DNA of 40,547 nucleotides from a virus: positions 1 to 40,547 of the IMG/VR virus record IMGVR_UViG_3300045988_136392. The stretch is one strand, 5' to 3'. Positions 34,896-40,547 of this stretch are shown one piece after another. A program made the translations under genes and the position numbers. The notes beneath the pieces were generated by a model. It was not told the origin of the DNA. It was given only the letters and a program-made list of their open reading frames with translations, and did not search any database. Numbering within the stretch: position 1 is the stretch's first letter; each line of letters opens with the position of its first letter.

Positions 34896-35528
34896 ATGGA
34901 GACTTCTACCCCTAGCCTTTCGGACATCGCGGCGGTGACGAAGGACAACGACTTCGGCGGCGGAACCTGGATTTGGGTTATCGTCTTGTTTCTGTTCATG
35001 TGGGGCAACGGATGGAACCGCAACACGGGCAACGGCACCGAACCCGTCACCGAGGCGGGGCTTTGCAATGCCATGAACTTCAACAACCTCGAGAACGCCG
35101 TCGGTCGCATGAGCGACCAGCAGGCCGCAATCGCGCGCCAGACCGACAACGGAATCTGTAACCTCGGATACGAGAACCTGCGCAACTTCGCGCAGACCCA
35201 GCAGACCATCCAGAACGGCGACTACGCGCTCGCCCAGCAGATGTCCGATTGCTGCTGCAAGACCAACCGCAACATCGACGACCTGAAGTACAACGCTTCC
35301 ATGAATACGGCAGCCATCAACGAGAACACCACCGCTCAGGTGCAGAAGGTTCTCGACGCTATCTGCCAAGGCAAGATCGAGGCGCTTCAGGCTCAGGTAA
35401 GCCAGCTACAAATGCAGAACGCACTCTGTGGCGTGGTTCGATATCCAAGCGCAACAACCTACAACGCTGGCTTCAACCCGTACTTCAATGGCGCAGCCTG
35501 CGGTTGCGGAACCTCGTTTGCGGCGTAG
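34896..35528 (+). CDS. hypothetical membrane-anchored Cys-rich protein
   Basis: AGGAGCAC RBS. One N-terminal TM (WIWVIVLFLFMWG). Multiple Cys (CCC, GCGC). Confidence 0.5.
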   Translation: METSTPSLSDIAAVTKDNDFGGGTWIWVIVLFLFMWGNGWNRNTGNGTEPVTEAGLCNAMNFNNLENAVGRMSDQQAAIARQTDNGICNLGYENLRNFAQTQQTIQNGDYALAQQMSDCCCKTNRNIDDLKYNASMNTAAINENTTAQVQKVLDAICQGKIEALQAQVSQLQMQNALCGVVRYPSATTYNAGFNPYFNGAACGCGTSFAA

Positions 35529-35537
35529 GTGATCGCG

Positions 35538-35957
35538 ATGGGTTGCAAGATCGCACGCTTTATCTATGACAGCGACACAGCTCAGGCAGTGGCGGCTGGG
35601 CAGAACATCCTGTTCAGCAACGTTGTTAGCAAGACAAGGTCGATTCAGGGAAACGGTTCTGGTGGAATCCAGCTCAAAACGCCTGGGACATACCGTGTCA
35701 TCTCGAGCTTCACCATCGATGCAACGGCTGCTGGCGCTGTGAGCGTTCAGATGAGCAAGAACAACGTTGCGGCAACGGGAGGAAGGGCGGGTGCCACTAT
35801 GGCGGCTGCCGGAGACATTGCCACGTTGTCTATCGTCGATTACGTGACCGTTCTCCCTGGGGCGAGCGGGTCGTACGCAACTCTGACGTTCTCCCCCGAC
35901 TCTGGGGTTGGCGTTAGGACGGCAAGCGTGCTCGTCGAGAAAGCATGCTCCTGTTAG
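35538..35957 (+). CDS. hypothetical protein, possibly a C1q/BclA-C-like beta-sandwich
   Basis: AGGTGA RBS. Alternating hydrophobic beta-strand pattern. Confidence 0.4.
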   Translation: MGCKIARFIYDSDTAQAVAAGQNILFSNVVSKTRSIQGNGSGGIQLKTPGTYRVISSFTIDATAAGAVSVQMSKNNVAATGGRAGATMAAAGDIATLSIVDYVTVLPGASGSYATLTFSPDSGVGVRTASVLVEKACSC

Positions 35958-35960
35958 TAC

Positions 35961-36000
35961 GCAAGGCGCATCCCCTCAAGGCGGATGCGCCTTTTTCTTT
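35961..36000 (+). terminator. Rho-independent terminator
   Basis: GCGCATCCCCTCAAGGCGGATGCGC plus T-run. Confidence 0.75.
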
Positions 36001-36015
36001 GCACTGCGACACGAG
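36001..36015 (+). promoter_or_regulatory. conserved late-operon element, copy 3 (GCACTGCGACACGAG)
   Basis: Same CTGCGACACG core directly after a terminator, 43 bp before the holin start. Confidence 0.5.
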
Positions 36016-36057
36016 GCGAAGATTTCGCTGTATGCAATTAAGGCGAGGAGAGATTGT

Positions 36058-36414
36058 ATGGATTGTTTCTTTACAGAGGAGCAGCAATGGGTGATCTGGA
36101 TCACTGCCTCATTTGTGGTCCTCGACGTTGTGAGCGGAGTCATGAAGGCGGCTAAAGCGGGCGAACTGTCAAGCTCAAAGATGAGAGAGGGCCTTTGGCA
36201 CAAGTCTGGATACGTGCTGATCGTATGCCTTGCTGTGCTTATTGAGGTTGGGAGCCAGCATGTCAACATTGGGTTCGAGATGCCACTTATACTCCCTGCC
36301 TGCCTCTACATCATAGGCAGCGAGGTCATGTCAATCTACGAGAACGCGAAGGCGATAAACCCCGACCTTAACGATTCGAAGCTTTCCCAGTATTTCGAGA
36401 AGAAGGAGCAGTGA
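36058..36414 (+). CDS. holin
   Basis: Small protein with 3 TM segments and ..LDVVSGVMKAAKAGELSSSKMREGLWHK.. resembling the phage_holin_4_1 family. Directly upstream of the endolysin. Confidence 0.8.
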   Translation: MDCFFTEEQQWVIWITASFVVLDVVSGVMKAAKAGELSSSKMREGLWHKSGYVLIVCLAVLIEVGSQHVNIGFEMPLILPACLYIIGSEVMSIYENAKAINPDLNDSKLSQYFEKKEQ

Positions 36415-36531
36415 TGGGCGATTACGAGGTTGACACTTCAACAGTGGAAGAGCTTGCGGCGATGCCGAGCGAGACGGTTACGGACGAGGAGATTCCAGAT
36501 CAGACGGCTGAGGTGCTGGAAGGGAGAGAAG

Positions 36532-37377
36532 ATGGCAACTGCTAGCGACTTCGTTGCCGTGGCTGCAAGCCAGATCGGCGTTAAGGAGAACCCTGCGGGG
36601 AGCAACCACGTAAAGTACGGCGAGTGGTACGGACTTGATTACAACCCATGGTGCGATATGTTCGTGTCCTGGTGCGCAGACCAGGTGGGCGCTTTGGGAA
36701 TTGTCGGAAAGTTCGCTTACTGCCCCTCGCACGTCAACCACGCAAAGAAGCTTGGGCGTTGGCTCGACCGCGAGGAGAAGCCGCAGAAGGGCGATATTGT
36801 GTTCTTCTCGAACGGCTCCCGTGCCTGCCACGTGGGAATCGTGGAATCGCGCAACGGCTCCGCAAGTGTAACCACCATCGAGGGCAACACCTCGGTAAGC
36901 AGCAACGACAACGGGGGAGCTGTAATGCGCAGAACGCGATCCTACGGCGTTAAAGGCTCCAATTGGTTCATTATGGGGTTCTTCCGTCCCGCATGGGACG
37001 GGCAAAGCGCAAACATTCCTTCTCCCGAGCCTTCGCAGGATTCGACCAGCAACAGCGGTTGGTCGTTCTCCGATTGGGTGCGCCGTTTGCAGCGCGAGTG
37101 CAACGCTCAAGGCTACTCACATCAAGCGGTCGATGGCATTCCCGGTGCAAACACGCTGAACGGCTGCCCTCAGCTTGGGCGCAAATCGCGCGGGAACATC
37201 ACGGCGCTGATGCAAGAGCGTTTGATTGTCCTAGGCTACAATTGCGGCTCGTGCGGTGCTGACGGCATCAACGGTGGCGATACGCAGCGAGCTGTAAGGG
37301 CGTTTCAGGCTGACAACGGACTTGACGATGACGGTGTCGTTGGGCGCAACACATGGCGCAAGCTGCTTGGGCTGTAG
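36532..37377 (+). CDS. endolysin: CHAP peptidase/amidase domain + C-terminal PG_binding_1 repeats
   Basis: CHAP Cys (NPWCDMFVSWC) and His (ACHVGIV). C-terminal ...RAVRAFQADNGLDDDGVVGRNTWRKLLG PG-binding motif (x2). Confidence 0.85.
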   Translation: MATASDFVAVAASQIGVKENPAGSNHVKYGEWYGLDYNPWCDMFVSWCADQVGALGIVGKFAYCPSHVNHAKKLGRWLDREEKPQKGDIVFFSNGSRACHVGIVESRNGSASVTTIEGNTSVSSNDNGGAVMRRTRSYGVKGSNWFIMGFFRPAWDGQSANIPSPEPSQDSTSNSGWSFSDWVRRLQRECNAQGYSHQAVDGIPGANTLNGCPQLGRKSRGNITALMQERLIVLGYNCGSCGADGINGGDTQRAVRAFQADNGLDDDGVVGRNTWRKLLGL

Positions 37378-37388
37378 TAGGTTAGATA

Positions 37389-39341
37389 ATGAGAACGCAC
37401 ACAATCAAGGTACGCGGCCGCCGCGCCTCGATCGACGACCGCATGCTCGTTCAGGGCACCGTGGGCGAGGACGTGTTGGCGCTCGACTTGGACGAGGAGT
37501 GGGACGGCCTTGTGGTCACCGTAGCCTTCAAGTGGCAGCATGACTCCTCCATAGTCGCCAAGCAGGTTGAGGGCGGCTATGAGGTTCCATGGGAGTGCAA
37601 CCAGCAACCAGGCAAGGTACTCATTGCAGTCGAGGGAACCAAGGACGGCAAGGTGATGCGCCACGCGACCATCGGCCATCCCATGGTGGTGCTGCCGTCC
37701 GAGGAGGCATCGGGCACCTCCCCGACGGACCCCACGGTGAGCGAGTACCGCAAGGTGTACGAGGACGTGAAGCTGGCAACCGCCACCGCCAACGGGGCCG
37801 CCGACGATGCCAAGGAGGCTGCGGAGGATGCCCTCGTTGCGGCAGGCAACGCGGACGCTCAGGCCGCAGCCGCGCAGCTTGCATCGCAGGTAGCCGCCAA
37901 CGCCGCCGCCGACGTGAAGCGCCGCGCCGACTCGGGCGAGTTCAAGGGGGAGAAGGGCGACAAGGGCGACCCTGGCGAGCAGGGCATCCAGGGAATCCAA
38001 GGCGTTCCTGGGGCGCAAGGCGACCCAGGGGAGAAGGGCGATCCTGGCCCAAAGCTCACCTTCGCCGACCTGACGGAAGCCGACAAGTCTGAGCTTCAGA
38101 AGCCAGCCGCCGACGCGGCTGCAACGGCAAACGCTGCGGCGAAGGCGGCAAACGATGCGGCAGACGCGGCGAACACGGCTGCGGAAGCGGCCGTCTCCGA
38201 CGCGCAGGCCGCAATCGCCGAGGTCAAGGCAACCGAAGCCAAGCTGTACCCTGCGGCGGAGAACATCCTAGTCGGGAGCGAGACTGGAACGGTCGCGCAT
38301 GTGGAGGACGCTTTCTCTGGTGCGGCTCTGCGAAAAATCACGGTCGAGGGAGCTTGCAAGCAAGACGGAATCCCAAGCCCCGAATCGCCTAAGCCAATCA
38401 CGGTGATTGAGCATCCTGCCGTGAAGGTTGTGGGTCGAAACCTGTGGCCATTTGCTAGCTCTTATACGTCCATCGAGGGGCATCAGAACGAGTTCGTGAA
38501 TGACAAAACGCCACTCACGATTCTTCCTGGCACATACACGTTCCAGGCTGTCGGCTCGCTCGGGAACACGGATGCGCCGCTTTTCGGATACACGGCTACG
38601 GGCAAGCGCATCCAGCTCTTTCGAATCTTTCGTAATGTCAAAAACCCGAAATACAGCTTTACCGTCACGGAGCCTATCACCTCGGTTTACTTCGTATCGA
38701 ACGCGGCAGACTCCAACACAGGAACCATTTCCAGCATTCAGCTAGAGCGCAATTCAACCGCGACGGAATACAAGCCTCACACCTCCCAAACGCTAACCTT
38801 CGCACTCCCCGCAGAGCATCCCTACTTGGCCAAGCTCCCCGACGGCACGGCGGACGAAATCACGGTGGACAGAGACGGCAACGTCGAGCTTGTGACGCGG
38901 GTTGAGCGAGTGCTACCGAGTGATTATCGCAAGTTAGATTTCGGCGACGGTGGCGATGGTTCAGCGTATGTGTCGCTTAGACTTAATCATGCCAGCATAA
39001 TAGCAAACAGTCTTATGTGCAGCTCATATACGCCTAGCAACCCCACAATCAAAAGCGGGTTCATCTACACACCAAACTATACGAACATAGTGATTCGCGA
39101 CGACCGATTCACATCGAAAGATAAGGCAATCGAATTGTTGGATGGTGTAGTCGTGTATACCGCGGTGGAGCCGACGCGTTACCCCTTAGGAAAAATCGAG
39201 ATGCCAAAGGCGCAAGACAGCATCGTCAACACCTGGACTGACGCGGAAGTCACGCCGAACACAGGAATCAAGTACGTGCGCGACGTGAACATCGTCGTCG
39301 CGAACATCGAAAAGGCAATCGCATCCATCACCGAAGGTTAG
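37389..39341 (+). CDS. tail-fibre-like protein with collagen (G-X-Y) repeats and lower-GC C-terminal globular domain, located downstream of the lysis cassette
   Basis: GEKGDKGDPGEQGIQGIQGVPGAQGDPGEKGDPGP collagen run. Ala-rich coiled coil. N-terminal domain resembles BppU-type N-domains. Visible GC drop after about 38300. Confidence 0.7.
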   Translation: MRTHTIKVRGRRASIDDRMLVQGTVGEDVLALDLDEEWDGLVVTVAFKWQHDSSIVAKQVEGGYEVPWECNQQPGKVLIAVEGTKDGKVMRHATIGHPMVVLPSEEASGTSPTDPTVSEYRKVYEDVKLATATANGAADDAKEAAEDALVAAGNADAQAAAAQLASQVAANAAADVKRRADSGEFKGEKGDKGDPGEQGIQGIQGVPGAQGDPGEKGDPGPKLTFADLTEADKSELQKPAADAAATANAAAKAANDAADAANTAAEAAVSDAQAAIAEVKATEAKLYPAAENILVGSETGTVAHVEDAFSGAALRKITVEGACKQDGIPSPESPKPITVIEHPAVKVVGRNLWPFASSYTSIEGHQNEFVNDKTPLTILPGTYTFQAVGSLGNTDAPLFGYTATGKRIQLFRIFRNVKNPKYSFTVTEPITSVYFVSNAADSNTGTISSIQLERNSTATEYKPHTSQTLTFALPAEHPYLAKLPDGTADEITVDRDGNVELVTRVERVLPSDYRKLDFGDGGDGSAYVSLRLNHASIIANSLMCSSYTPSNPTIKSGFIYTPNYTNIVIRDDRFTSKDKAIELLDGVVVYTAVEPTRYPLGKIEMPKAQDSIVNTWTDAEVTPNTGIKYVRDVNIVVANIEKAIASITEG

Positions 39342-39350
39342 GAGACACCA

Positions 39351-39590
39351 ATGGCAGTTAAGAGCAAGGCACGGCACGACCTCACATTGCGCAGCATCAA
39401 GCGCGAGATTCAGGCGGGGCGCGACGTGGCGTTCTGGTTGGATAAGGCGTACACGCACCTGGATTCTGGTCTCTTCGACGAGGCCGACATCGCAGAGGTC
39501 GAGGAGCTTGCCGCCGCGTACTACGACGAGGAAGACAGGCTCTACGCCGACTTGGATGTGGACTCGGCAGAGGCGGCGGAGGCGCAGTAG
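39351..39590 (+). CDS. small acidic protein (79 aa), possible fibre assembly/accessory factor
   Basis: AGGAGACACCA RBS then ATG. Acidic C-terminus. Confidence 0.4.
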   Translation: MAVKSKARHDLTLRSIKREIQAGRDVAFWLDKAYTHLDSGLFDEADIAEVEELAAAYYDEEDRLYADLDVDSAEAAEAQ

Positions 39591-39631
39591 CAGAGTCCGA
39601 TCAGAAGTATTTTGATGAATAAATCCGACAC

Positions 39632-39670
39632 TGAGCGAGAACGAATCTGGGAAGAATCGTTCTCGTTTTT
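39632..39670 (+). terminator. Rho-independent terminator at the right end of the prophage
   Basis: GAGCGAGAACGAATC ... GAATCGTTCTCG plus TTTTTT. Confidence 0.75.
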
Positions 39671-39711
39671 TCATTCTCGATTTTCCTGTGTTCGGCAAAA
39701 TCTGCGTTTCC

Positions 39712-39737
39712 TCAGAACCGTCAGAACCCTCAGAACC
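39712..39737 (+). repeat. TCAGAACC x3 (9-bp period) direct repeats adjacent to attR core; candidate recombination arm/accessory sites
   Basis: Directly visible, ending 16 bp before the core. Confidence 0.5.
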
Positions 39738-39751
39738 ATAGGTGAATCCGA

Positions 39752-40417
39752 TTGAACTATATTGGCGACAACATTCATGCAATTCGCGGTAACTTCGGTT
39801 TGTCGCAAGAGCAGCTTGCAGCGATAGCGGAAGTGAGCCAGACTTCCGTCTCCGCCTGGGAATGCGGGCAGACTATCCCGCGTTTTTCCAATGCCGTGAA
39901 GATAGTTGAATCTTTGCCTAGCCTGACTATGGACGATGTGTATAGCCAGGTGCTTGGGTACGCGCGCAGGGTATTGCAGCAAGCGCATCCAGAGTCTGGA
40001 TCGTCGTTCGGATTTGTTCCCTTGTATGGATCTATTGCTGCGGGTGCTCCCATCGAGATGCTTCAGATCGAGGAAATCCATCCTGTGCCCAATGCGCTGT
40101 TGCTGCGTTATCCGAAAGCGTTTTATTTGCGCGTTAAGGGCGAATCTATGAATAGGGTCCTGCCCAACGGCAGCTATGCATTGGTTTGTCCCACTTCGGA
40201 AGTTGTAGACGGATCTGTGTATGCGGTAAGCGTTGGTTCATCGAATGCGACGGTGAAGCGGGTGCGAAAACTAAATAACGGAATTGCCCTAGAACCTGAT
40301 TCGAATGACCCCACCTATAAGTCTCAGGTATTTGATTACGGAGATGGGGAACGTGAAACCCTGTCTGTTATTGGCAGAGTCGTGTGGTTTTGTGTGCCTT
40401 ACGACTATGAGATTTAG
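39752..40417 (+). CDS. XRE-HTH + S24 peptidase (LexA/CI-like) regulator; host-side att target gene with phage-supplied 5' end
   Basis: HTH (LSQEQLAAIAEVSQTSVSAWECG). S24 Ser/Lys (VKGESM, ATVKRVRK). TTG start with an AGGTGA RBS lying in phage-derived sequence. Paralogous to the prophage CI (5226-5894). Confidence 0.8.
   Translation: MNYIGDNIHAIRGNFGLSQEQLAAIAEVSQTSVSAWECGQTIPRFSNAVKIVESLPSLTMDDVYSQVLGYARRVLQQAHPESGSSFGFVPLYGSIAAGAPIEMLQIEEIHPVPNALLLRYPKAFYLRVKGESMNRVLPNGSYALVCPTSEVVDGSVYAVSVGSSNATVKRVRKLNNGIALEPDSNDPTYKSQVFDYGDGERETLSVIGRVVWFCVPYDYEI
39754..39768. repeat. attR core (GAACTATATTGGCGA), putative
   Basis: Exact copy of 3217-3231. Forms codons 2-6 of the downstream XRE-S24 gene. 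Confidence 0.65.
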
Positions 40418-40467
40418 TCCCCTGAAATTTTTTCAAAAAAGGGGTTGCGCGTAAAACTGGTTTCCGT

Positions 40468-40547
40468 ATAATACTTTCTTGCGCGCGGACGTGGCTCAGC
40501 TGGTAGAGCACAACCTTGCCAAGGTTGGGGTCGCGGGTTCGAACCCC
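40468..40547. repeat. 80-bp exact direct repeat, copy 2 (identical to 1-80)
   Basis: Directly visible. Truncated by the window end. Confidence 0.9.
40485..40547 (+). tRNA. tRNA-Gly (GCC) second copy, 5' 63 nt only (truncated by window end)
   Basis: Identical to positions 18-80. Confidence 0.7.

Larger units (their letters stand above)
3217..39768. mobile_element. Integrated temperate siphovirus-like prophage (about 36.5 kb), int-cI...lysis-fibre organisation
   Basis: Complete lysogeny, replication, packaging, head, tail and lysis modules between 15-bp direct repeats, with the integrase adjacent to the left repeat. Confidence 0.75.

Overview
This window looks like a Gram-positive-type (monoderm) host locus holding a complete temperate siphovirus prophage of about 36.5 kb. 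The visible sequence is clearly GC-rich, probably around 60%, though I have not computed this.

Host flank, left: tRNA-Gly(GCC) at 18-93 and tRNA-Cys(GCA) at 142-215, a Na+/dicarboxylate (DAACS) symporter on the minus strand, a DUF1292-like small protein, and a small HTH protein.

Prophage, about 3217-39768, is bounded by an exact 15-bp direct repeat (GAACTATATTGGCGA) at 3217-3231 and 39754-39768. The left copy sits about 40 bp from the integrase gene. The right copy forms the 5' end of a host XRE-HTH/S24-peptidase (LexA/CI-like) gene. A 7-codon N-terminal remnant (MENYIGD...) is left at the other junction, so integration appears to have replaced the 5' end of that gene with a phage-supplied RBS and TTG start.

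Gene order:
- Lysogeny: tyrosine integrase, a gene frameshifted at a G7 tract, and a CI-like repressor with a TATACAT-type operator set.
- Early and recombination: a Cro-like HTH protein, small zinc-ribbon proteins, DUF1351-like, RecT, and SSB (with 42-bp tandem repeats).
- Replication and anti-restriction: a gene carrying 13-bp-periodic AACCCCC iterons that are a putative ori, a DnaC-like loader, RusA, a Lar-like protein, and a ParB-nuclease/NPPF-methylase-like protein.
- Packaging and head: TerS, TerL, portal, a MuF protein with a long C-terminal extension, scaffold, major capsid, and head-tail joining proteins.
- Tail: major tail protein with an Ig-like (Big_2) domain, chaperone pair, tape measure, Dit with FN3-like inserts, Tal, two BppU-like proteins, and a receptor-binding candidate.
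- An isolated, codon-atypical OmpR-family orphan response regulator as its own promoter-gene-terminator unit.
- Three unknown genes, then holin and a CHAP plus PG_binding endolysin.
- A collagen-repeat fibre gene downstream of the lysis cassette.

A conserved CTGCGACACG element follows terminators at the heads of three late operons.

The first 80 bp of the window (17 bp upstream of tRNA-Gly plus its first 63 nt) are repeated exactly at the last 80 bp. The cause cannot be resolved from the window: a host tandem tRNA copy, a circular-assembly overlap, or outer att sites of a composite element. No CRISPR array, rRNA or IS transposase was found.
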